This document shows positions 38,236 to 45,944 of a DNA stretch of 60,360 nt, piece after piece. The position numbers and the translations under genes were made by a program. This DNA is from an uncultured Desulfobacterales bacterium (GTDB taxonomy: Bacteria > Desulfobacterota > Desulfobacteria > Desulfobacterales > C00003060). The stretch spans positions 1 through 60,360 of the forward strand of contig CAZCXI010000002.1 of assembly GCA_964502635.1 (NCBI GenBank), written 5' to 3'. The notes under the pieces are model-generated. The model did no database searches and was not told where the DNA came from. It worked only from the letters and a program-made list of their open reading frames with translations. Position 1 is the stretch's first letter, and every line of letters begins with the position of its first letter.

Positions 38236-39969
38236 TTAATTGTTTATGATTCTTAAGCAGTTTACTCGAACCCTTGAACCCTCGAATCCTTGAACCGCGA
38301 AAGCGAGCGCACTCCCCGCTGCTTGCGGCGGGGTTAGCGAGCGAATCTGAAAATGAAAAACTTCCTTACGGTGAAGCCTCCCCGTGGCTTGCCGCGGGGA
38401 GGCTTCAATCCTTATGATCCTACCAACTCTTTTGGAAAAGAACCTTATGAATGCCCCCAACGTCAAGCAGCCTGCCGCAGCAATCGCCCAGACCAGCATC
38501 GCCATAGGTGTGTTGAACCGCAAAAGCGAGCGCATTCCCCGTAGATTGCTGCGGGGTTGGCGAGCGCATCCAAAAAAGTCAGCGTTCCTTACGGTCGAAG
38601 ATTCCCTGTAGCTTGCTACAGGGAGCTTCAATGTCTTGGGCGCCCATCCCGAGGCGGCCGCAGCCACAAAGCAGCCGAGGCTGCCACGGCCGCTGCCGTC
38701 AGCCCCCTCGCTGGGAGCAGCGGACTCCGGCGGTGCCGTGGCCTCAGGCAGCAATCCCATACCACTGGGATCAACGATCATGCCGTCTTCAATCCTGTCA
38801 GCATCACCCAAGTCAAAGTCTCCATCCTTGAGTTCGAGGTCAACATATGTGCCGTCAGGACTGAAATGGGCGTGCGCGTATTCCCGCCAGCCGTCTATTG
38901 CATCATACTTGTACCATCTGGCTCCGGTTGGCGCCGGTTCAGAAAGATACACCCTCACGGTCACCTGATCCCCGGGGTCCTGCACCTGCAAGGTAAAGCT
39001 CAGTAAACCCAGCGGGATGGTCACATCCTCGGGAATCGGTGACGGGGGGTTCACGGACTCGATATCGACGATTTCAGTCACATGCGGCGAATTTTCGATG
39101 CTCAACCCCATTTGCCCATTTCCCACGACCGTGTTCACGGACTTGATCTCAGACTGGAACAAATCGGGGATGCCGTCCCCATTCAGGTCGACACGGACAT
39201 CCACCTCCTGATCATCCGGTATGCCGTCCCCATCCAGGTCCGTGCCGGCGGCAAAGGGCAAGCCATTCAAGTGGTCCATGGCAAAGTAGGCCGGGGTATT
39301 CATGCCAAAGTCCCCCGTGTCGGAGGAACTCAAGGCAAACTCAAGGCTCATGACATCACCCAGACTGCTCAGATCCACCCAAGTCCACTGGTCCACGATG
39401 AAGTCCTTGGTGTTGTCATCAAAACGGTAGTCCGCCAGATAAAAGTCGACGGTGCCCGTCGGGTTGTTTTCCTCGTCCGTGCCGGTGATCGTCAGCTTGA
39501 ACCAATCCGGATCGTCTCCGCCGTCACCGCCAAACTTCTTGCTAAAGGCCCCGCCCTCCATGATCGTCCAGAAGGCGTAGGTCGTATTCGTCAAATAGGC
39601 GCCGGACACGGTGATCGGTTCAGAAAAAGTGACCGTGGGTATAATCCCATAGAACCCTGAGTACGACACCCCATAGTTGCTGGAGCTGTTGATCCCAACG
39701 CCCGTGATCGCGCTGTACTGGTTGCCGAAACCCCGGGTTTGTGTATCCGTCATGTTCGAGTATGCGAACCCTTCCCAGTACGGCCCATAGGTATCATCAT
39801 AAAGGTTGTTAAAACCGGCGCCGCCGCTGGTGAACCCCCCCGAACCATCAGAACCGTTCCAGTAAGAATCCGTGCTTAGGGAAAGATCTTCAAAATCGGT
39901 GACTTCAGCGTTTGCTGTGGCTGTTGTCAGCACAAACAGTGAAAGCAATGAAACAAGGATGTGTTTCAA
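38236..39969 (-). CDS. surface/secreted protein with a DUF4465-like N-terminal domain; the 3' end is encoded by REP-like repeats
   Basis: RBS AAGGAGG plus TTG 39969 gives MKHILVSLLSLFVLTTATANA. FEDLSL..SYWNGSDGSGGFTSG...FAYSNMTD...NQYSAITG resembles DUF4465 by recollection. The last ~130 codons run through the repeat units at 38262-38631. Confidence 0.65.
   Translation of the reverse strand: MKHILVSLLSLFVLTTATANAEVTDFEDLSLSTDSYWNGSDGSGGFTSGGAGFNNLYDDTYGPYWEGFAYSNMTDTQTRGFGNQYSAITGVGINSSSNYGVSYSGFYGIIPTVTFSEPITVSGAYLTNTTYAFWTIMEGGAFSKKFGGDGGDDPDWFKLTITGTDEENNPTGTVDFYLADYRFDDNTKDFIVDQWTWVDLSSLGDVMSLEFALSSSDTGDFGMNTPAYFAMDHLNGLPFAAGTDLDGDGIPDDQEVDVRVDLNGDGIPDLFQSEIKSVNTVVGNGQMGLSIENSPHVTEIVDIESVNPPSPIPEDVTIPLGLLSFTLQVQDPGDQVTVRVYLSEPAPTGARWYKYDAIDGWREYAHAHFSPDGTYVDLELKDGDFDLGDADRIEDGMIVDPSGMGLLPEATAPPESAAPSEGADGSGRGSLGCFVAAAASGWAPKTLKLPVASYRESSTVRNADFFGCARQPRSNLRGMRSLLRFNTPMAMLVWAIAAAGCLTLGAFIRFFSKRVGRIIRIEASPRQATGRLHRKEVFHFQIRSLTPPQAAGSALAFAVQGFEGSRVRVNCLRIINN
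38262..38440 (-). repeat. mosaic REP-like block: heptad motif plus 119-nt double-hairpin unit (B1) plus module X
   Basis: CTCGAACCCTTGAACCCTCGAATCCTTGAACC, then the unit 38290..38408 with hairpins CCCCGCTGCTTGCGGCGGGG and GAAGCCTCCCCGTGGCTTGCCGCGGGGAGGCTTC, then the reverse complement of the module X seen at 11358. Confidence 0.7.
38513..38631 (-). repeat. 119-nt double-hairpin REP-like unit (B2)
   Basis: Same orientation and architecture as 38290..38408. The hairpins are CCCCGTAGATTGCTGCGGGG and CCCTGTAGCTTGCTACAGGG. Confidence 0.7.
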
Positions 39970-40174
39970 CGTGAGCCCCTCCTTCAGCAGTGAAGCCGTC
40001 TGGTTTCTTTCCGGCCTCTCCATAGGCAGCACGACCGCGCAAGCAAAAAGACCTCACCATGAAAAAAAACGGTCCCGGACACCAAAAGGCAGGCAGCGCC
40101 CCACGGGTGGTCGCTCCTGACAAGCGCTTCACGCGATGGGCACAGACAAAACCAGCCAAATATATCCTTTGACA

Positions 40175-40365
40175 GACTCGTAAAAAGTATTTTGCGAACG
40201 ATATTGAGCATTTTGGGAGAAAGGCACTTAAGATGTTTGGCGTTAAAAAATGCTAACTGTTTGAGGGCGTTAGCCCGAGTCTTAGCATTTTAGCTGAACA
40301 TCTTAAGGGCCCCCAAAATGTTCACGGAGTGAGTAAAATCGACTTTTTACGAAACCATCACCCTT
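40175..40365. repeat. about 190-nt imperfect nested palindrome in the riboswitch-to-CDS leader
   Basis: Paired arms are TCGTAAAAAGT/ACTTTTTACGA, CATTTTGGG/CCCAAAATG, CTTAAGATGTT/AACATCTTAAG and AAAATGCTAA/TTAGCATTTT. Confidence 0.5.
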
Positions 40366-40371
40366 TGGGCC

Positions 40372-40405
40372 AAAAAAAACCCCAGACTGATTGCTCAGCC
40401 TGGGG
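40372..40405 (-). terminator. rho-independent terminator (riboswitch expression platform)
   Basis: The minus strand reads CCCCAGGCTGA-GCAA-TCAGTCTGGGG followed by TTTTTTTT. Confidence 0.75.
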
Positions 40406-40478
40406 ATGTCCCTTTTTTATCCTCAAACCGTTCTTGTGTCCACAACCCTGGCTCGCGAGGACGTGAGACGCGGTGTCT

Positions 40479-40657
40479 TGTGGCAGGTCTTCTGGCTCCC
40501 CCACCCTTCCAGCGGCCTTCCCATCCCCGGTCATCAGAACAGTGGCACAAAAATGCTAGAAAAGCTCCCTTTCCAAACGGAAAAGGGCGGGGTCACAGCG
40601 GCGGGCCCGCTCCCGATTCCAACGGGATTCCCTATTAAGCCCCAAAGGGCACCACAG
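40479..40657 (-). promoter_or_regulatory. cobalamin (B12) riboswitch aptamer
   Basis: The minus strand reads CUGUGGUGCC...UUAAUAGGGAAUCCCGU..GGAAUCGGGAGCGGGCCCGCCGCUGUGA...GCCACUG...GGGAAGGC...AGCCAGAAGACCUGCCACAAG. The B12 box and the GCCACUG core motifs are both present, and P1 is UGUGG/CCACA. Confidence 0.88.
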
Positions 40658-40662
40658 TTTGC

Positions 40663-40691
40663 CGTTTATGCCAAAACGGTTGCCGTGTCAA
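40663..40691 (-). promoter_or_regulatory. candidate sigma-70 promoter for the riboswitch transcript
   Basis: Perfect TTGACA (complement of 40686-40691), a ~17-nt spacer, then a weak -10 (TAAACG/CATAAA) just upstream of the P1 stem. Confidence 0.4.
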
Positions 40692-40816
40692 GGGAAAAAC
40701 GGCCGGCATGCATCACACGGCCTGGTGTACCCAAAAAGCATTGCAGATCTTGGCGGGTTTTGATACGTGTTATTCTTGCTTGATCCTGACACCACGGAGA
40801 AAGGATAGAACACCCC

Positions 40817-41716
40817 ATGAACATCTATGTCAAAGCCATGCGCCTGCCCTTCCTGACAGGTTCTCTTCTTCCCGTGATTCTGGCGGCTGCCCTCGGCTTC
40901 TCGCACGGAGCCATTCACCTGGGGCGTCTCATTGTCGTCTTGTTCGGCGTCGGCGCTCTCCACCTGGGTGCCAATTTGATCAATGACTACTACGATGATC
41001 CAGGAAGCGACCGTATCAATCTTCACCCGACCCCCTTTAGCGGTGGCAGCCGCGTGATCCAGGACAACCTCATGGACGCCAAGACAGTATGGACCATGGC
41101 CATGGGTTTCTTTGTCCTGGGCACGGCTTCAGGCGTGTGGCTGGCCCTGACAGGCCGCCCCTTTGTGGTCGTGATCGGGCTGATGGGGTTTTTGGCTGGA
41201 TACCTCTATTCCGCAGCTCCTGTGAGCTTCATGTCACGGGGGCTTGGAGAGGTGACTATCTTCCTGGCCTTTGGCCCCCTGATCACGTGGGGGACCTATT
41301 ATGTCATGACCGGGCTTCTCACCTGGCAGGCCTTCACTCTGGGCATTCCCCTGGGCTTTCTGATCGCGGCGGTGATCTGGATCAACCAGTTTCCAGACTA
41401 CGGCGCAGACAAAGGCGCCGGAAAACGCAACTGGGTCGTTCGACTGGGCCGCAACCGGTCGCGCTGGATTTACTATGTGCTCATGCTGGGCCCTTACGCA
41501 GTGGTGTTCTACTGGGTTTTGGCCCAGAGAGGCTCGTGGCTGTATCTCATAGCCCTTTTGACCTTGCCCCTGGCCTTAAAGGCGATGAAGATCCTGCACC
41601 TTCACTACCAGACCTATGACGAGATCATCCCGGCCCAGGCCCTGACCATCCAGACCCATCTCGCCCTGGGCTTGGTCCTGACGGCTGCCCTGGTTGCTCA
41701 TAAGCTGGTCTTTTAA
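40817..41716 (+). CDS. UbiA-family prenyltransferase (MenA-like)
   Basis: Polytopic membrane protein of 299 aa with the NLINDYYDDPGSD Asp-rich motif. Confidence 0.8.
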   Translation: MNIYVKAMRLPFLTGSLLPVILAAALGFSHGAIHLGRLIVVLFGVGALHLGANLINDYYDDPGSDRINLHPTPFSGGSRVIQDNLMDAKTVWTMAMGFFVLGTASGVWLALTGRPFVVVIGLMGFLAGYLYSAAPVSFMSRGLGEVTIFLAFGPLITWGTYYVMTGLLTWQAFTLGIPLGFLIAAVIWINQFPDYGADKGAGKRNWVVRLGRNRSRWIYYVLMLGPYAVVFYWVLAQRGSWLYLIALLTLPLALKAMKILHLHYQTYDEIIPAQALTIQTHLALGLVLTAALVAHKLVF

Positions 41717-41788
41717 CGCCCACGGACCGAATGCTTTTGGGGGACCGTGGGCTCTGCCTTTGCCCGGTTTATTGTGCTGGTGTCATCT

Positions 41789-42199
41789 ATGAAAAGGCCC
41801 GCATATATCCTAACTGCTCTCCTTGTCCTATCTGCCGCCGTGGCCGTGGCCCAAGATGATCCCATGAAAGGTCCATGGCAAGGGCCTGAGGCGACGGATA
41901 TCCACCGAGGCAAGGCAGCTGGCCCGCAAAATGTACCGGTCGCCCTCGTCAGGTTTTTCAGAAAGTATCTTTCACCAGTTGACGGGAGCGAGTGCCCCAT
42001 GTACCCATCCTGCTCTCAGTACACTATGACATGCTTTGAAAAACACGGCCTTTTCATGGCCTGGATGATGACATGGGATCGCCTCTACCGATGTGGCCGC
42101 GATGAGTTAGAGCTCTCCCCAAGGGTCATGGTTCATGGGAAAGAGAAGTGCTACGACCCCGTGGCAAACAATGATTTTTGGTGGAAGCATGGAAAATAG
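41789..42199 (+). CDS. YidD-domain (membrane protein insertion efficiency factor-like) protein with an N-terminal signal/anchor
   Basis: LVRFFRKYLSPVDGSECPMYPSCSQYT...DRLYRCG matches the YidD/DUF37 pattern. It is preceded by MKRPAYILTALLVLSAAVAVA. Confidence 0.7.
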   Translation: MKRPAYILTALLVLSAAVAVAQDDPMKGPWQGPEATDIHRGKAAGPQNVPVALVRFFRKYLSPVDGSECPMYPSCSQYTMTCFEKHGLFMAWMMTWDRLYRCGRDELELSPRVMVHGKEKCYDPVANNDFWWKHGK

Positions 42200-43133
42200 C
42201 AAATACTGGAAGGTTCTCGTCACGGCCTTAGGGCTTCTTTTGTCCGTTCTTGCGCCGCCCCTTGTCCATGCGCAGACAACCATTGTCATAAAAGCCGACG
42301 ATCAGTTCCAGTTTGCCGAAACCTATTTTGCGAAAGGCGAGTATTACAGGGCCATCGGAGAGTATGAACGCTTCATGCACTTCTTCCCTCAAGACCCTCG
42401 GGTGGCAATGGCCCGGTATAAAATCGGGTTATCATACCTCAAAGGGGCGCGATTCACACAAGCCGTACAGTCCTTTCATGCCATGATTGAAGAGTGTGAG
42501 GACGCAGGGCTCGTCATGAAATCGTACTTCAAGATGAGCGAGTCTTACGTCAAACTTAAGCAGTTCAGTAACGCCCTAAGTGCGCTGGACGGCCTGATAA
42601 AGAAATCCTCGGATCTGGATGTGAAGGATAAGGCTTACTACAAGCGGGGATGGATCTACCTTGAGATGGACCAATGGGAAAAAGCCCGGGCCTCCTTTGA
42701 CAGCATCAGCCCAAAGAACAGGGATACCTACCGGCTAAAACAGCTTTCAGACGATATGAACAAAAAAGAATCCCTGGAAACTAAGAACCCAGCCACGGCA
42801 GGCTGGCTTGCCGTGGTCCCCGGCGCCGGCCACGTCTATTGTGAGAGGTATCGCGACGCCTTCATCGCCTTCTTGTTAAACGGAGCCATGATCTATGCCG
42901 CCTACGAGGCCTTTGATCACGACAACGAGGGTCTCGGCGGTCTCATCGCCTTTTTTGAAATCGGACTTTACTCCGGCAATATCTATAGTGCAGTAAACAG
43001 TGCCCATAAGTACAATCGCAAACAAAAACGCGACTTCTTCCAATATCTAAAGGATCACTCAATGGTAGAGGCCTCGGTGATGAGACTGCATGAAGGTCAG
43101 GCCTTGGCCCTGTCGTACAGGATCACTTTCTGA
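42189..43133 (+). CDS. TPR-repeat protein with a C-terminal membrane segment
   Basis: Signal peptide (ALGLLLSVLAPPLVHA) and TPR-like repeats. Its start overlaps the end of the YidD-like gene by 11 nt. Confidence 0.65.
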   Translation: MENSKYWKVLVTALGLLLSVLAPPLVHAQTTIVIKADDQFQFAETYFAKGEYYRAIGEYERFMHFFPQDPRVAMARYKIGLSYLKGARFTQAVQSFHAMIEECEDAGLVMKSYFKMSESYVKLKQFSNALSALDGLIKKSSDLDVKDKAYYKRGWIYLEMDQWEKARASFDSISPKNRDTYRLKQLSDDMNKKESLETKNPATAGWLAVVPGAGHVYCERYRDAFIAFLLNGAMIYAAYEAFDHDNEGLGGLIAFFEIGLYSGNIYSAVNSAHKYNRKQKRDFFQYLKDHSMVEASVMRLHEGQALALSYRITF

Positions 43134-43196
43134 AGGGCGCATGTTCGGCAGACGGCCTGCCTCTTTCAGCATTCTCGACTCTTGCTGCGTTTTGGT

Positions 43197-43631
43197 TCAC
43201 TTGCATTCACCAATACGCCTTCCACTAATGTGATTAATTATCTTCATTTTTCCCTCGTCCGGATCATTTGATATCATGGTCATAGTGCCCTCGAACGTAT
43301 CACCGTGATATGTCGTCCGACCAGTCACTTCCATAGCACCTTCGCCCTTGCATTTCATAATCCATGTCACCGTATTGCCGCTTATCTTGGTGTCTGTAAT
43401 CTTGCAGTCTTCTTCCTCATCCTGTTCTCTCGGCACCATCGTCTTGAGCATGTTGTTTTTTGTCAGACATTGTGTGTGCTTTCTCGGGGGCATCTTCATC
43501 GGCATGCCTTGCATTTCCATCCTTGTGGTGATTTCCCACAGTCCTTCATGCATTTCAACTCCTGCAAACGCAAGTGTTCCCCACAGAAATACCCCCGCAA
43601 TCGCTACGGCTAAAGCTACTCTCTTTAACAT
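43197..43631 (-). CDS. secreted DUF3617-like protein
   Basis: RBS AGGAGGAGG before ATG 43631, a signal peptide, and the GLWEIT...QCLTKNN...CKITD...GNTVTWIMKC pattern. Confidence 0.65.
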   Translation of the reverse strand: MLKRVALAVAIAGVFLWGTLAFAGVEMHEGLWEITTRMEMQGMPMKMPPRKHTQCLTKNNMLKTMVPREQDEEEDCKITDTKISGNTVTWIMKCKGEGAMEVTGRTTYHGDTFEGTMTMISNDPDEGKMKIINHISGRRIGECK

Positions 43632-43774
43632 CTTACCTCCTCCTTTCATTTGATTGTTGCTTCCTATCAAGATATTCCATTGGCATCATATAACCTTACG
43701 GCTCAACGCCGCCAACGGTGTCCGGTGGAACCGGTGGTTGGCTCTTGTATGACTATGCCCTTTCGCATAGGACA

Positions 43775-44467
43775 TCAAACGTTGAAGCGAATATCGAGAA
43801 TGCTGTTCATTGGGATGACGTAATCGCGGTCGACGAGTTTGGTCAGTTTCTTGGAGCGTGCATCCTGCATGTTGTGGACTGTCATCATATCCTCACAGCG
43901 CACGAGTTCCGCCTTGACAAATCCCCGGGCCAGATCTGAATGAATCTTTCCGGCACACGTTAAGGCGCCGGCGTCTTTCTCAACCAACCATGCATGAACC
44001 TCCTGCTTGCCCACTGTGTAGAAAAACATCATGCCGGCTTTCTCCATTGCGTCACGGCACAAAATATTGGCGTCCGGTGAGGTGTCCTTGTAAACCAGCG
44101 TAGGTGTGAAACTCAATGGTCTGAGCGCTTTGACAATAGTCCGCTCAACATTGTCAAGGGACAGATCACAGATTGGCTTCTGATCCTCAATTTGCGCCAG
44201 GCATTTTTCCAGCACCCCCTTTTCAGACGGGTCCTGTGTTCTCGACAGTCTGCCTTCGATTTTCTCCATGTCAAGAATAAGCAAATCCAGAACATATTCA
44301 TTCGCCATTGCTATGACGTCAGCCGACTCGTAGTCGTCTGGCAAAAACTCGAAGTAGTACGGCGACACCTTTGCCGGCTCAAACTTCTCGGCAAGGCCCA
44401 CGAAGATCCCATCATTGTACTTTATCTTCCCCTGCGGTAGATTTAATCCTGTATATGCTATTTTCAT
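43775..44467 (-). CDS. YchF-related protein (DUF933/TGS-like C-terminus) lacking a P-loop
   Basis: C-terminal FFTVGKQEVHAWLV..GALTCAGKIHSDLARGFVKAELV resembles the YchF C-terminus. The N-terminus has no GxxxxGK[ST]. Confidence 0.6.
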   Translation of the reverse strand: MKIAYTGLNLPQGKIKYNDGIFVGLAEKFEPAKVSPYYFEFLPDDYESADVIAMANEYVLDLLILDMEKIEGRLSRTQDPSEKGVLEKCLAQIEDQKPICDLSLDNVERTIVKALRPLSFTPTLVYKDTSPDANILCRDAMEKAGMMFFYTVGKQEVHAWLVEKDAGALTCAGKIHSDLARGFVKAELVRCEDMMTVHNMQDARSKKLTKLVDRDYVIPMNSILDIRFNV

Positions 44468-44666
44468 TCCGTAGAAAGACCCCTTTCGTTGTTTAACCCG
44501 TTTCTTTATAGTACCAAATTAAGACCGATATCAAGCACAGAATTTTAAGTGCAACGCAGCAGATTGCAAGACAGCCAAGCTTGTTACACGTCCGCTGCGG
44601 CGAAGCTTAGAAGTGTTTATATCTCTAGTCCAAATGACGCGGAGGGGACGCTGGCGACTATGTGAA

Positions 44667-45644
44667 TCATGGTTTTGACAATCTGCTAATGGCCTTGGAA
44701 ATGGCAGAAGTGGTAACTCCCAGTTGGCGACCAACTTCTGACAGTGGAAATCCATAGTTTTCAACCAATTGGCTGGCTATTTGCGCCCTTACATTCGCAA
44801 TGCGGCCGCGCCGACTACCCATGCGGAGCTCTTTCGGATTAATGCCTTCGGCTTTGCACGTTTGCTCTATCTCCTGTTTGGCTTTCCTATTCCTCCACTC
44901 ATGGCCTCCAAGTTGACATTTGATCCGTTCATCAGCCTCACCAACGATCCTTTGAACGAATTCGCCAGTGCCCAGTATTCGCTGATCTGAAAGCACCCGC
45001 CGGTTGTCTCTACGAAGAGAAAGCACCTGAGACCAGCCGCCTAAAGACCGAATCAGACCGCCACCAACCAGATCAGGGCGTTTGCCCTCATCCATGCCAT
45101 CCTGAACATACTTCCGATACGCCCTCCTGGCATCGCCCTGCCTTTCGCCAAACCATGACAAGACATAGTCCCGGTCCTGCCACTCATTGTTGATCTTGCC
45201 CATTAACACGCCATGGCCGCACCAGTGGTACTGGTCAAGCTCAGAAATGCTCTTTACCACCCCGGCCCGTAAAGGATTCAGGTGGATGTACCGCACAAGT
45301 TCCCGCAAATAGCTATCCTCATCACACACTATCGACTTGTAACGATCCTGGAAAAGGTGACCATGGCGTTTGTGGCGCAGGTTGTATGTAATCGCGTAGC
45401 CAGTTAAGAAACGCCGCATAAATCGGGACAAGCCATGCCGGCTGCTTCGCAAAAGAATATGGGCATGGTTGGTCATCAATGCCCAGGCATAGATGGCCGT
45501 CTCAGTATCAGACGCCACCTGACCTAATCGAGACACAAAATTCCGCCGGTCCCATCGGTCGTCAACGATCCTGCGCTTTTCTATCCCCCGGACTATCACA
45601 TGGTGCAGCGTCCCAGGTGAGTCCAGCCTCGCTTGTCTTGGCAT
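44667..45644 (-). CDS. IS200/IS605-like Y1 (HUH) transposase, REP-associated-tyrosine-transposase-like, with a C-terminal HTH
   Basis: PRQARLDSPGTLHHVIVRG, the HUH motif NHAHILL, and the Tyr motif RYIHLNP. No terminal repeats were recognised around it. Confidence 0.8.
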   Translation of the reverse strand: MPRQARLDSPGTLHHVIVRGIEKRRIVDDRWDRRNFVSRLGQVASDTETAIYAWALMTNHAHILLRSSRHGLSRFMRRFLTGYAITYNLRHKRHGHLFQDRYKSIVCDEDSYLRELVRYIHLNPLRAGVVKSISELDQYHWCGHGVLMGKINNEWQDRDYVLSWFGERQGDARRAYRKYVQDGMDEGKRPDLVGGGLIRSLGGWSQVLSLRRDNRRVLSDQRILGTGEFVQRIVGEADERIKCQLGGHEWRNRKAKQEIEQTCKAEGINPKELRMGSRRGRIANVRAQIASQLVENYGFPLSEVGRQLGVTTSAISKAISRLSKP

Positions 45645-45944
45645 ACCACCTCCAACTCCGGCCTGTTACCCCTGCCTTATCACAACAATTCAATATAGAA
45701 TGTCCCCTTTTTTCCTAAGGCCAGCTACCTATCTGTTGGAGAAATCACAGATTTAATACTAGATGCCATCACCGCAATATCTTGTGTATAGTCATATAAA
45801 GAACAAAAACTTGGAATATTATGAATAATCTTTGCTTTCTTTTATTGAATTGGACCGAGCACTTATGACCATTTTATGCAGTAACGCTTGGCATGAGAAG
45901 CGTGACGTTTGGAGCGTCCTCTTCCAAGCTGAACTTCGGTGATT

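Noticed and set aside
38290-38631. Two direct 119-nt repeats separated by a 104-nt spacer, considered as a CRISPR-like array.
   Set aside because: There are only two units, the unit is far longer than CRISPR repeats, the same unit occurs inverted at 11581, there are no cas genes, and the spacer is coding-like.
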